Below, piece after piece: positions 46,579 to 56,400 of a stretch of 64,000 nucleotides of DNA (its first letter is position 1; each line of letters begins with the position of its first letter). Origin of the DNA: Vicinamibacteria bacterium. GTDB taxonomy: Bacteria > Acidobacteriota > Vicinamibacteria > Fen-336 > JAGNNV01. Made by a program: the position numbers and the translations under genes. Under the pieces are notes generated by a model. The model saw only the letters and a program-made list of their open reading frames with translations. It had not been told where the DNA came from and ran no database searches. The stretch is from NCBI GenBank assembly GCA_031392925.1, contig JANMVV010000378.1, positions 4,766 through 68,765 on the forward strand, given 5' to 3'.

Positions 46579-47757
46579 TTACCGGCGGTCGAGTTTGACC
46601 ACGAGCTTCCTGCCTTCGGCGTCGACGTTGATCTCGGTCTCTTCGGTGCGGTAACCCGGGCGAACAACCTCGACGCGGTGACGGCCGAACGGAAGCTGGA
46701 CCTGCGTCAACTGGGACGCCTTGCCGTGAAACTCACCGTCGATGTAGACAGAGGCGTCGAGCGGAAGGATATCGAAGAGGATTTCGCCCCGGCCGGCCTG
46801 AGGCATCTGGATCACGGGCTGGTCGTTGCGCGGAGAATCGGGGGGCGCGGAATCGACCTCGCGGCCCGGTTCCGGGCGAGGGCGCGGCGGTTCATTTTGG
46901 AGAGTCGCGCGCGCGGGGTCGCGGCCTTGATCCACTGGACGCGCGTATTCCTCGCCGATGGTCTCCCGGGTCTCACCCGTGCCCTTCACCATGTCCCAGC
47001 GAAGCTTGATCGTCTCTCCGCCGCCGGGGTAGACCGAGAAGGTATGCGACGCGTATCCCTCGAGCTTCAGGGTGATGTCGTGGCGACCGGGCGAAACGTT
47101 CAGACGCTGGAACATGCCGTCGAAATCATCCGCCACGCCGGCGTAATAGCCGTCGACATAGACCCGGGTCTTGGCCGGATCGACCAAGGTTCGGATCTGC
47201 TCGCCGTCGTTCCCCTGGCGATACCCGCCGCCAGCCCCACCGCCGTAGTAGGGCGCAGGGGCGTAACCGTAATTGTCGCCATAACCGTAGCCATAGGCGC
47301 CATAACCATAGCCGTAGCCGTAGCCGAGGCCCCCCCCATAACCCGGGTAGCCCCAATAGGCATACGGACTGTAGTAATACGAGGAGTAGGGGTAGCCGTA
47401 ATAAGCGCCATAGCCGTAATACGCGGGGCGGCCATAGTGGTTGTACTCATTGCCGTAGGTGTCGCGATGGCCGGTGCCTGTCCCCGGCCGCGGCCGACGG
47501 CCCTCGGCTCCCGAAGAACTGTACCCGCCGCCCGAACCGCCCTGACTTGGGGCGCCTCCGCCACTCCCGCCGCTCTGCGAGCCACCGCCACCTCCGCTGG
47601 CCTGCGAGCCCCCGCCACCCCCGGTATGCCGAGCGCCCTCGGAAGAGCCGCCGCCACCCCCACCGCCACGGGGGACGGCGTGATTATCGCCTTGCGAGAA
47701 GGCGGTCGCGGCAACCAGGACCAGGGGGACCATTCCGATGACTTTTAGTGTCTTCAT
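46579..47757 (-). CDS. Secreted low-complexity protein: Gly-rich then Tyr/Gly-rich (YG repeats) segment, followed by two PEGA domains
   Basis: Signal peptide MKTLKVIGMVPLVLVAATAFSQG with SD-like gaggt upstream. GGGGGS-type tract. About 80-aa YG-rich tract (GYGYGYGYGAYGYGYG). Two PEGA-like modules (TRVYVDGYYAG..., ASVYIDGEFHGK...RVEVVRPGY). Confidence 0.6.
   Translation of the reverse strand: MKTLKVIGMVPLVLVAATAFSQGDNHAVPRGGGGGGGSSEGARHTGGGGGSQASGGGGGSQSGGSGGGAPSQGGSGGGYSSSGAEGRRPRPGTGTGHRDTYGNEYNHYGRPAYYGYGAYYGYPYSSYYYSPYAYWGYPGYGGGLGYGYGYGYGAYGYGYGDNYGYAPAPYYGGGAGGGYRQGNDGEQIRTLVDPAKTRVYVDGYYAGVADDFDGMFQRLNVSPGRHDITLKLEGYASHTFSVYPGGGETIKLRWDMVKGTGETRETIGEEYARPVDQGRDPARATLQNEPPRPRPEPGREVDSAPPDSPRNDQPVIQMPQAGRGEILFDILPLDASVYIDGEFHGKASQLTQVQLPFGRHRVEVVRPGYRTEETEINVDAEGRKLVVKLDRR
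47220..47667 (-). repeat. Coding low-complexity tandem repeats (Gly-rich then Tyr-Gly dipeptide repeats) inside the PEGA protein gene
   Basis: DNA shows short-period tacggc/tatggc repeats (ggctacggctacggctatggttatggc...). Confidence 0.6.
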
Positions 47758-48147
47758 GGGTTGAAACCTCATCGGCAGGCTCCGGAAGAGACCCTGCCGT
47801 CCTTGAACCGAAGCAAACCGTGTGCCCAGGCCCAACCCCCGGAAGGGCGCCTGGGGGAGCCGCGTTTGTCCCGCCCCGATGACAAGATGGCGAAACCGAG
47901 GACACCGGCGGTCAAGTCTGCGTGGTGACGGGATCTCCGGGTCGAATCACCCGTGGGATGAGGACGCGGGCGTTCATCCGGCCGCGCCCGGGGTGGATTT
48001 TCGCGGGCCCGGCTTCCTCAGGGTCTTGGTCCATCTTCATGAGCGAACGTAAGATAACGCGCTCGGAACTTAAGCGCGGCACGTTCCGTATTCATACTGA
48101 TGGACGACAGGCGGGTCCCGTCCACGGCCGGCAATTCTGGAGGGTTC

Positions 48148-49446
48148 ATGTCGAAGGGCAAGAAAATCGCGCTGTTTATCGGGGCGCTCGTGGTGATCGG
48201 CGGCGTGATCGCCGGAAGTGTGGCCCGGGCCAGCGGGAAGAAGATCGAAGTTCAGACCGGCAAGGTCGGCAAGAAGGACCTGGTCTCCAAGGTATCCGCT
48301 TCTGGAGAGATCCGGCCCAAGAAGTTCGTCAACGTTTCCTCCGACGTGGCCGGCCGGATCGTGCGTCTCCTGATCAAGGAAGGCGACCGGGTGAAGCGCG
48401 GCCAGATCCTGGCCAGGATCGACGCCAAGCGCTACGAGGAAGGCGCGCGGCAGTCCGAAGCCAGCCTCGGAGCGTCGCGGTCCGATCTCGATCGTTCGCT
48501 CGCCGACCTCGAACTGAGCCGGCAGGCGCTCGAGCGCCAGAAGAGAATGCACGCCGACAAGCTCATCGCCGATCAGGCCCTGGAGCAGGCCGAGTCGGAG
48601 TTCAAGATGAAGCAGGCCGCGGTCGAGTCGCAGCGCAAGCGCATTGCCCAGCAGGCCGCGGTAGTGGCCACCACCCAGGACGACCTCGGCAAGACCATTG
48701 TCGTGGCGCCCATGGACGGCGTGGTCACCAGCCTCCAGAAGGAAGAGGGCGAGACCGTCATCGGCGCTCAGAGCTTCTCTCCGACCGTCATCTGCATCGT
48801 CGCGGACCTCTCGGTCATGGAGGTCGAGATTCTGGTCGACGAAACCGACATCCGGAACCTGGCTCTGGGCCAGACCGCCGAGGTGCGGGTGGACGCCCTC
48901 GAGGGCTCGATCATCAAGGGCGAAGTTACGGAAATCGGCTCTTCGGCGATCCCGCGCGGCGCCGCCGCAGCCACCGGTTCGAACGTGAACAATTCCAACC
49001 AGGCGAAGGATTTCAAGGTCACGGTCACGCTGAAGGATCCGCCCGCCACGCTCCGCCCGGGATTGAACGCGACCGCCGATGTGATCACCGCCCGCCGCGA
49101 AGGCGTGACCGCGGCGCCTATCCAGGCCGTCGTGGTTCGACAGGTCGACAAGGACGGCAAGGTGGTGGATCCGGCGATCGGCCAGGCCGGCGCCGGCGAT
49201 TCCGCGAACACCCCCACCCGCACCGCGAAGCTCGAAGAGAAGGAAGGCGTCTTCGTGATCCAGGCCGGCAAGGCGGTCTTCAAGGCGGTGAAGACCGGAA
49301 TCGTGGGGGACACCGACATCGAAATCACCGACGGCGTGAAGGACGGCGAGGAAATCGTGATCGGCTCGTATCGAACCCTGCGGACCCTGCGCAACGATGC
49401 GCAGCTCAAGTTCGAGGAACAGACGAAAAGCAAGGCGGCCAAGTGA
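48148..49446 (+). CDS. Efflux transporter periplasmic adaptor (HlyD/MacA family)
   Basis: N-terminal TM anchor. Coiled-coil hairpin region ([32 protein letters not shown]). Beta-barrel/lipoyl-like segments. Confidence 0.8.
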   Translation: MSKGKKIALFIGALVVIGGVIAGSVARASGKKIEVQTGKVGKKDLVSKVSASGEIRPKKFVNVSSDVAGRIVRLLIKEGDRVKRGQILARIDAKRYEEGARQSEASLGASRSDLDRSLADLELSRQALERQKRMHADKLIADQALEQAESEFKMKQAAVESQRKRIAQQAAVVATTQDDLGKTIVVAPMDGVVTSLQKEEGETVIGAQSFSPTVICIVADLSVMEVEILVDETDIRNLALGQTAEVRVDALEGSIIKGEVTEIGSSAIPRGAAAATGSNVNNSNQAKDFKVTVTLKDPPATLRPGLNATADVITARREGVTAAPIQAVVVRQVDKDGKVVDPAIGQAGAGDSANTPTRTAKLEEKEGVFVIQAGKAVFKAVKTGIVGDTDIEITDGVKDGEEIVIGSYRTLRTLRNDAQLKFEEQTKSKAAK

Positions 49447-50156
49447 GCGAGACGAGCGAAGCCTCATCGATCATCCGCTGCGTCGACCTCTGGCGCACGT
49501 ATCAGATGGGAGAAGAGACGATCCACGCCCTGCGGGGAGTGTCCTTCGAGATTCAGCCCAACGAGTACCTCGCCATCATGGGCCCGTCGGGCTCGGGCAA
49601 ATCGACGCTCATGAACCTCATCGGATGCCTCGACACGCCGTCGCAGGGGGAGTACTACCTGCGGAACCAGCTCGTGTCCAAGATGAGCGACGACGCCCTC
49701 GCCGAGGTGCGTAACAAGGACATCGGCTTCGTCTTCCAGACCTTCAACCTGCTCCCTCGAGCTTCCGCTCTGGAGAACGTCGAACTTCCCCTGGTCTACG
49801 CGGGCATTTCGAAGAGCAAGCGGATGGATCGGGCCCGCGAGGCGCTCGAGAAGGTCGAACTTGGAACGCGCATGAGCCACAAGCCGAACGAGCTCTCGGG
49901 CGGCCAGCGGCAGCGCGTCGCCATCGCCCGGGCCCTGGTGATGGGCCCGGCGATTCTGCTCGCCGACGAGCCCACGGGAAACCTGGACTCGACCACCGGC
50001 GAGGAGATCATGCGGCTCTTCGAGCGGCTCCATGAGGCGGGGAACACGATCATCCTGGTCACGCACGAACGTGATATCGCCGAACACGCGCATCGGGTCA
50101 TCATGATCCGCGATGGCAAGATTGCCAGCGACGAATTGAGTCCGAAGAAGGCTTGA
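49443..50156 (+). CDS. ABC transporter ATP-binding protein (MacB/LolD-type)
   Basis: Walker [10 protein letters not shown]. Signature [15 protein letters not shown]. Walker [16 protein letters not shown] start overlapping the adaptor stop (GTGA). The track ORF 47922..50156 5' portion is an Arg/Gly-rich shadow. Confidence 0.85.
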   Translation: MSETSEASSIIRCVDLWRTYQMGEETIHALRGVSFEIQPNEYLAIMGPSGSGKSTLMNLIGCLDTPSQGEYYLRNQLVSKMSDDALAEVRNKDIGFVFQTFNLLPRASALENVELPLVYAGISKSKRMDRAREALEKVELGTRMSHKPNELSGGQRQRVAIARALVMGPAILLADEPTGNLDSTTGEEIMRLFERLHEAGNTIILVTHERDIAEHAHRVIMIRDGKIASDELSPKKA

Positions 50157-50196
50157 GGCGGGTAGCCTCCCGTCCCCTTCGTCAAGGAGCGCACTG

Positions 50197-51438
50197 ATGC
50201 CGTTTCATGAAGCGATCAGTATTGCCATTGCCTCGGTGAAGGCGAACAAATTGCGGTCGGTGCTCACCATCCTGGGCGTGGTGATCGGCATTGCCTCGGT
50301 GATCGCGGTGGTGGCCATCACGGACGGGCTCGACCGGTACATGGCCGACAAGGTCCTCGCCCTCGGAACCAAGAGCTTCACCATTCAGAAATTCCCCAAC
50401 GTCATCGTTTCCTTCGACCAGTTCCGGGAGTTCAACAAGCGCAAGGATCTCGTTCTGCGCGACATCGATCTGGTCAAGGAAGCCTGCACGCTTTGCTCGG
50501 AAGTCGGAGGCGTGCTGGCAACCGGCCGGACGGTGAAGTACGGATCAGTCCGCCACGAAGGCGTTCAGGTCATGGGCATCACCGAGAACTACTCCCGCAT
50601 CGGCGCGATTCGAAATCTGCTGGTGGGCCGGCACCTGATCAACGACGATATCGACTCCGCCCGACCGGTCGCGGTCATAGGAACGGATGTGATGGAGGCG
50701 TTCTTTCCGAATGCCGAACCTCTGGGCAAGGAGATCATCATCGATGGAAACCGCCTGCGCGTGGTGGGCGTCGGAGAAAAGAAGGGCAAGGTCTTCGGTC
50801 AGAGCCAGGACGACTTCGTCTGGACGCCCATTACCGCGTTCCGGAAAGCATTTGGATCAAGACGGTCGGTGACCATTCAGGTCGAGGCTCAATCGATGGC
50901 GGTCTTCGAACAGGCTCAGGATCAGGCCCGGCTCGCCCTGCGCAATCGTCGCCACCTCGAGTACACCCAACCCGACGATTTCAGCATCGAGACCGGGGAG
51001 AGCATCATGGATCTTTGGAACAGCGCCACCCAGGGAATCTACGTGGTGACCCTGGTGGTCACCGGGATCAGTCTGCTGGTCGGAGGTGTGGTGGTGATGA
51101 ACATCATGCTGGTCTCGGTCACCGAACGCATCAAGGAGATCGGCGTTCGCAAAGCGCTGGGCGCGCGTCGCGGCGACATCCAGAAGCAGTTCATCGTCGA
51201 ATCGGTTCTTCTCACCGGAATCGGAGGCGTCCTGGGCGTGCTGGGGGCCGCGATCTTCTCGTTCTTCGTGGGCAAGCTGATGTCGGGCATCGTGGGTGAC
51301 GAATTCTCCGCGCCCGTGCAGTTGTGGGCGGTCCTGGTGGCCGTGGTGTCGTCCACCGTGGTCGGTCTGGTGGCAGGGATCTATCCGGCCGCGCGGGCGG
51401 CCGCTCTCGATCCCGTGGTCGCCCTGAGGAGCGAGTAA
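50197..51438 (+). CDS. ABC transporter permease, FtsX/MacB-type with large periplasmic domain
   Basis: N-terminal TM1 (LRSVLTILGVVIGIASVIAVVAI). About 200-aa periplasmic domain. C-terminal three TM with ERIKEIGVRKALGA motif. Confidence 0.8.
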   Translation: MPFHEAISIAIASVKANKLRSVLTILGVVIGIASVIAVVAITDGLDRYMADKVLALGTKSFTIQKFPNVIVSFDQFREFNKRKDLVLRDIDLVKEACTLCSEVGGVLATGRTVKYGSVRHEGVQVMGITENYSRIGAIRNLLVGRHLINDDIDSARPVAVIGTDVMEAFFPNAEPLGKEIIIDGNRLRVVGVGEKKGKVFGQSQDDFVWTPITAFRKAFGSRRSVTIQVEAQSMAVFEQAQDQARLALRNRRHLEYTQPDDFSIETGESIMDLWNSATQGIYVVTLVVTGISLLVGGVVVMNIMLVSVTERIKEIGVRKALGARRGDIQKQFIVESVLLTGIGGVLGVLGAAIFSFFVGKLMSGIVGDEFSAPVQLWAVLVAVVSSTVVGLVAGIYPAARAAALDPVVALRSE

Positions 51439-51440
51439 CC

Positions 51441-52691
51441 ATGGCCCGGAAAGGTTCAATCCGCATCGCCCTGTTCGGCTTGTGGGAGGCCGTCAAGATG
51501 GGCCTGTCCTCCCTCGTTTCCTACAAGATGCGCGCCTCGCTCACCATCCTTGGCGTCGTCATGGGCATCATGACCGTGTCCGTGGTGTCCTCCATCATCG
51601 CCGGCCTGAACAACTCTCTCTCCTCCCAGCTCAACAAGCTGGGATCGGCCTTCATCCTGGTCCGACCCTTCCAGCCCGGGGAAAGTGTCCCGGCGGAGGA
51701 GCGTCGAAGGCGCAAACTCCTGTCCGACGACGAGGTCAAGGCCATCCGCGAGCTGTCCTACGTGTCCCAGATCAGCCCGCTCGAGTTCGTGCGCGCCGAC
51801 ATGATCAAGTACAAGGAATTCCGGATCAACTCCGCGCAGGTGTTCGGAACCACCCCCGACTACGAGGGGGTGCACAACGTCTTCGTCGAGAAAGGGCGGT
51901 TCTTCAACGAGAGCGAGACTTCGCGCTCCGCCCCCGTGGTCGTGATCGGACCCGCGATCGTGGATGCGGTCTTCCCGGGACTCGACCCTCTCGACAAGGA
52001 ACTGTCCATCGACGGGAGGAAGTTCCGGGTGATCGGCGTGACCGAGCGACAGGGGAAATTCCTGTTCATCGACCGGGACAATTTCATTCTCGCGCCCCTC
52101 AAGAGTCTTCCCCCCGCGAACTTCATGGGGCTCCAGGGCTACGCGGCGGACATCAAGGCGGTGTCGCCCGAACGCCTCGCCCAGGCCGAGGAACAGATTC
52201 GCGAGACCTTGCGGCGAAAGCGCCGTCTGAAATTCTTCGCGAAGGACACCTTCGCGGTCTTCACCCAGGACGCGATCACCGACCTCTACAACCAGATCAC
52301 GGGCGGGATCTATCTGGTTATGATCGCCATCTCGTCGATTGGCCTGGTGGTAGGCGGGGTGGGGGTCATGAATATCATGCTGGTCTCCGTCACCGAGCGA
52401 ACGCGGGAGATCGGCATTCGCAAGGCGCTCGGAGCCAAGAGACGCGACATCCTCTGGCAGTTCCTGACCGAAGCCATGACCCTCACCGGCGTGGGCGGGA
52501 TCCTCGGCATCTTTATCGGCGGCGGCTTCGCGGCCATCGTGAACGCACTATCTCCCTTCCCGGCGGCCTTCCAGCCCCAGTGGGTGGGAGCGGCGTTCGT
52601 ATCTTCGCTGGTGGTCGGTTTGTTCTTCGGCTTGTGGCCCGCCCTCAAGGCGGCGAAGCTCGATCCCATCGACGCCCTCAGATACGAGTAG
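51441..52691 (+). CDS. ABC transporter permease, FtsX/MacB-type (second paralog)
   Basis: Same topology as upstream permease. ERTREIGIRKALGA motif. 2-bp gap from upstream gene. Confidence 0.8.
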   Translation: MARKGSIRIALFGLWEAVKMGLSSLVSYKMRASLTILGVVMGIMTVSVVSSIIAGLNNSLSSQLNKLGSAFILVRPFQPGESVPAEERRRRKLLSDDEVKAIRELSYVSQISPLEFVRADMIKYKEFRINSAQVFGTTPDYEGVHNVFVEKGRFFNESETSRSAPVVVIGPAIVDAVFPGLDPLDKELSIDGRKFRVIGVTERQGKFLFIDRDNFILAPLKSLPPANFMGLQGYAADIKAVSPERLAQAEEQIRETLRRKRRLKFFAKDTFAVFTQDAITDLYNQITGGIYLVMIAISSIGLVVGGVGVMNIMLVSVTERTREIGIRKALGAKRRDILWQFLTEAMTLTGVGGILGIFIGGGFAAIVNALSPFPAAFQPQWVGAAFVSSLVVGLFFGLWPALKAAKLDPIDALRYE

Positions 52692-52713
52692 ATTCAGCCG
52701 CGAGGAGACCCTC

Positions 52714-53463
52714 GTGACCGAAACTCCAGCCCCCCCCGCTGTTCCACCCGCGGACTCCGGTTCGTTCCTCGGCAATCTGTTCAACCTCTACTTCGAGCCC
52801 ACGGAGACCTTTTCGAAGATCTTCGTCCGGCCGCGGGTCTGGATGGCCATCGTTCTTCAGATCGCAATGGGCGTGCTCTTCACCTCCGTCTGGCTGGAGA
52901 AGATGGATGCCCGGGAGTTCATGAAGGCGCAGATGGAGCAGAACTCGCGGATCCAGCAGATGCCCGCCGAACAGGTGGAGCAGATCATCAACACCCAGGC
53001 GCGATTCATGCGGACCTGGGGACGCATCGCTCCCTTCTTCGTGCCCGTGGTGATGGACCTCGTCCTCGCCGGGATCTTCATGTTCATCTTCCGGTTCTTC
53101 ATGGCCGCGGATGTGTCGTTCATGCGATCGCTCGCCACGGTGGCCTGGACCTTCGCGGCCCTCGGCCTTCTCCAGACCCCGATCATGCTGCTGGTCTTCT
53201 GGCTGAAAGGCGACTGGAATGTCGATCCCAACCAGATCATCCAGGCGAACCCGACGATCTTCTTCGAACCCGGCAGCACGTCCCGATGGATCTGGAGCCT
53301 GCTCTCGAGCTTCGATCTCTTCTCGCTGTGGACCCTCTTCCTGTTCGCCACCGGCTTCGCGGTCGCGGGAAAGCGCGGTTTGAGCACCGGCCTGTGGGGC
53401 ATCGCTATCCCGTGGGTTGTCTACCTTGCGGTCAAGGTGGGCTTCATCCTGATGTTCGGCTAG
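52714..53463 (+). CDS. Yip1-domain membrane protein
   Basis: N-terminal LFNLYFEPTETFSKI followed by five hydrophobic helices, pattern of bacterial Yip1 family. Confidence 0.5.
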   Translation: MTETPAPPAVPPADSGSFLGNLFNLYFEPTETFSKIFVRPRVWMAIVLQIAMGVLFTSVWLEKMDAREFMKAQMEQNSRIQQMPAEQVEQIINTQARFMRTWGRIAPFFVPVVMDLVLAGIFMFIFRFFMAADVSFMRSLATVAWTFAALGLLQTPIMLLVFWLKGDWNVDPNQIIQANPTIFFEPGSTSRWIWSLLSSFDLFSLWTLFLFATGFAVAGKRGLSTGLWGIAIPWVVYLAVKVGFILMFG

Positions 53464-53489
53464 CAAGCCGAAGGTAACCTTGCGGTTCC

Positions 53490-55340
53490 ATGTGCGGAAT
53501 CGCGGGTGTCGTCGAAGCGGAGGGCGCTCCTTCGCGTGAGCTTCTGGAGCGGATGGGGCAGGCCATCGCCCATCGCGGCCCCGATGACGGACGCGTGGAA
53601 GTCTTCGGACGCGCCGGCTTCTCGTTCCGGCGGCTCTCCATCATCGACGTCGCGGGCGGCGCTCAGCCCATCTCCAACGAGACCGGCCGGATCCACGTCA
53701 TGGCGAACGGCGAGATCTACAACTATCTCGATCTACGCCGCGAACTCGAGTTGCTGGGGCATCGCTTCAAGACCCACTCCGACGTGGAAACCATCGTCCA
53801 TGGCTACGAGCAGTGGGGCGACGAAGTGCCGAAACACCTCCATGGCATGTTCGCCTTCGCCATCTGGGACGAAGATCGGCAGCGCCTGCTGCTCGGGCGC
53901 GATCGGCTGGGCAAGAAGCCCCTCGTCTACGCGGAATCACAGGGCAGGATCACGTTTGGCAGTGAATTCTCAGCGGTGCTCGCGGACCAGCGGGTTTCGC
54001 GCGACGTGGACCGGCTCGCGATCCACGACTACCTGACCTATCAGTACGTCCCCGCTCCGGCCTCAGGGTTCAAAGCGATACGGAAACTGCCCCCCGCGCA
54101 TGTCCTGGTCTTCGAGGGCGGCTCCGCGAAGCTCTCTCGCTACTGGCAGCCGAGCTGCACGCCGCGGCTCGACCTCACCATGGAGGACGCGGTCGCGGAG
54201 ACGGAGCGGCGCCTCAAGGAAGCGGTGCGCAAGCGCCTCATGAGCGAAGTTCCCCTGGGCGCCTTTCTCTCCGGCGGCGTCGATTCTTCGCTCATCGTGG
54301 CCCTGATGTCCGAGTTCACGAAGGTGAAGACCTTCTCCATCGGCTTCGAGGAGAGCGGCTTCAACGAACTCCCGCACGCCCGCGCGGTGGCGGAGCGATA
54401 CGCGACCGACCATCACGAGTTCGTGGTGAAGGCGAATGCCGCGGAGGTTCTGCCGAAACTCGTGCGGCATTACGGCGAGCCCTACGCGGATTCCTCCGCC
54501 CTGCCTTCCTACTACCTCGCGAAACTCACGCGCGAGCACGTCACCGTGGCCTTGAATGGCGACGGGGGCGACGAGTTCTTCGCGGGCTACGACCGGTATC
54601 GGGCCCTTCAGTATTTTAAGCTGGCGCGAATCCTGATGCCGCTGGCTCCGGTGGCGCGAGCGTTGTCTCAGTGGCGCGCCCTGCCTCTCCGCGCCCGGCG
54701 CGCCTTCGCCGGCGCCGGCCACGATCCCCGCGAGGCCTATGCGAGGATCATGTCCTACTTCTCGCCGGAGCAGAAGTGTTTCATCTATTCGGACGAGATG
54801 CGGAGTCAGGTCAATGCAGTGGATTCGTTCCAGTGGACTTATGGGTTCATGAAAGAGTGCGGGGAGCCGATCGGCGTCCGCCTGCTTCAATACAGCGATG
54901 CCATGACGTACCTTCCCGGAGACATTCTCACCAAAGTCGATATCGCCACCATGGCCAACTCTCTCGAGGGACGCTCGCCGCTCCTCGACCACGAGCTTGT
55001 CGAGTGGGCGCTGCGACTGCCGGATGCGGTCGGCGCAAACCAGTCCCAAGGCAAACTCGTCCTCAAAGCCCTGGCTCGAAAGCACCTGCCCGCGTCGGTT
55101 ATCGATAGACCCAAGATGGGTTTCGGGATTCCGATCAACCACTGGTTCGGGGGTGAACTCCAACCGATGGTCCGCGACATTCTTCTCTCTCAACGGGCTC
55201 GCGAACGGGGACTCTTCAACCCCGCGGCGGTGGAGCGGTTGATCTCGGATCATGTTTCGGGCCGCGAGGTCCACGGCTACCGACTCTGGGCCCTGCTGTG
55301 TCTGGAGCTGTGGTTTTGCGAGGTGGTGGATGGTCGGTAA
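53490..55340 (+). CDS. asnB: Asparagine synthase (glutamine-hydrolysing) family amidotransferase
   Basis: N-terminal nucleophile MCGIAG (class II GATase). PP-loop SGGVDSS. 616 aa. Confidence 0.85.
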   Translation: MCGIAGVVEAEGAPSRELLERMGQAIAHRGPDDGRVEVFGRAGFSFRRLSIIDVAGGAQPISNETGRIHVMANGEIYNYLDLRRELELLGHRFKTHSDVETIVHGYEQWGDEVPKHLHGMFAFAIWDEDRQRLLLGRDRLGKKPLVYAESQGRITFGSEFSAVLADQRVSRDVDRLAIHDYLTYQYVPAPASGFKAIRKLPPAHVLVFEGGSAKLSRYWQPSCTPRLDLTMEDAVAETERRLKEAVRKRLMSEVPLGAFLSGGVDSSLIVALMSEFTKVKTFSIGFEESGFNELPHARAVAERYATDHHEFVVKANAAEVLPKLVRHYGEPYADSSALPSYYLAKLTREHVTVALNGDGGDEFFAGYDRYRALQYFKLARILMPLAPVARALSQWRALPLRARRAFAGAGHDPREAYARIMSYFSPEQKCFIYSDEMRSQVNAVDSFQWTYGFMKECGEPIGVRLLQYSDAMTYLPGDILTKVDIATMANSLEGRSPLLDHELVEWALRLPDAVGANQSQGKLVLKALARKHLPASVIDRPKMGFGIPINHWFGGELQPMVRDILLSQRARERGLFNPAAVERLISDHVSGREVHGYRLWALLCLELWFCEVVDGR

Positions 55341-56400
55341 GGGTCGAGGCCTCGGCCCCCTGTTCTTCGACATCAGCCATCCTGTCCAGGCGCTCATGCT
55401 GCGCCCGGTTATCGAAGCTCTTCGGAGCGAGGGTTTCGCGGCCCGCGTCTTCGCTCGGGACAAGGACGTCACCCTCGGCCTGCTCGAGGGATTCGGAATC
55501 AAGGCGTCGACCCTGGCCAAGCGTCGGCGCGGGCTCGTGGGCGCCGCCGTCGAACTGGTGACCCGGGAGGCGAGGCTGTTGCGCCTCGCTCTGGCCGAGC
55601 GGCCGGCGGCGATCATCGGAACCAGCGTTCACGCCGCACGAGTCGGACGCCTCAGCGGAGCGTTATCGGTCGTGATCAATGACGACGATGCCGCGGCCGT
55701 GCCTCTGTTCGCGCGTCTCGCCTACCCGCTCGCGGACCTGATCGTGAAGCCCGCGTGCCTTGACTTCGAGAATCACCCAAGGCAGGTGACGTACCGGGGG
55801 AATCAGCAGCTCTTCTATCTGCACCCAGCGCGATTCCAGCCCGACCCGGCGATCCGGAGCGAGCTGGGGCTCGGCGCCACCGAGCCCTTCGGGGTCGTTC
55901 GCCTTTCCGCTCTCGACGCTCATCACGACACCGGTGTCCGCGGCATCGGGCGAAGCCTGCTCCAGACCATCGGAAACCAGCTCCCGGAAGACCTGGTGGT
56001 CTTTGCGTCGCTCGAAAAGGCTCAGGATCTGCCGGGGCGTTGGAGGTTGATGCGACTCCCTCCAGAGCGTCTGCACCATGCTCTCGCCGCGGCGGAGTTC
56101 TTCATCGGCGACGGTCAGACCATGACCGCCGAGGCGGCGGTGCTTGGCACTCCGGCGTTGAGGTTGAACGACTTTGTGGGCCGAATTTCCTACCTTAAAG
56201 AGCTGGAGAACTACGGCCTCGCGTTTGGATTTCCTCCCGGCGACGAAGCGTTGCTCCTGGCCCGGCTTGCCGAAATCCTGAATGGACACCGCCCGAGGAC
56301 TCAATTCATCGAGGCGAGAGCCCGTTTTCTCTCTGATATGGTTGACCCGCTCCCCTGGCTCGTTGACCTGGTGTTAAGCCGTCTCCGCCCTCATGCCTGA
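55330..56400 (+). CDS. DUF354-like protein (GT-B / epimerase-related fold)
   Basis: N-terminus LFFDISHPVQALMLRPVIEALRSEGF resembles the DUF354 opening motif. 11-bp overlap with asnB end, 8-bp overlap with wecB start. Confidence 0.4.
   Translation: MVGKGRGLGPLFFDISHPVQALMLRPVIEALRSEGFAARVFARDKDVTLGLLEGFGIKASTLAKRRRGLVGAAVELVTREARLLRLALAERPAAIIGTSVHAARVGRLSGALSVVINDDDAAAVPLFARLAYPLADLIVKPACLDFENHPRQVTYRGNQQLFYLHPARFQPDPAIRSELGLGATEPFGVVRLSALDAHHDTGVRGIGRSLLQTIGNQLPEDLVVFASLEKAQDLPGRWRLMRLPPERLHHALAAAEFFIGDGQTMTAEAAVLGTPALRLNDFVGRISYLKELENYGLAFGFPPGDEALLLARLAEILNGHRPRTQFIEARARFLSDMVDPLPWLVDLVLSRLRPHA

Noticed and set aside
47922-49442. 5' two-thirds of track ORF 47922..50156 (744 aa)
   Set aside because: This portion is an Arg/Gly-rich shadow of the MacA-adaptor frame. 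The real ABC ATPase begins at the GTG at 49443, right after the adaptor stop.
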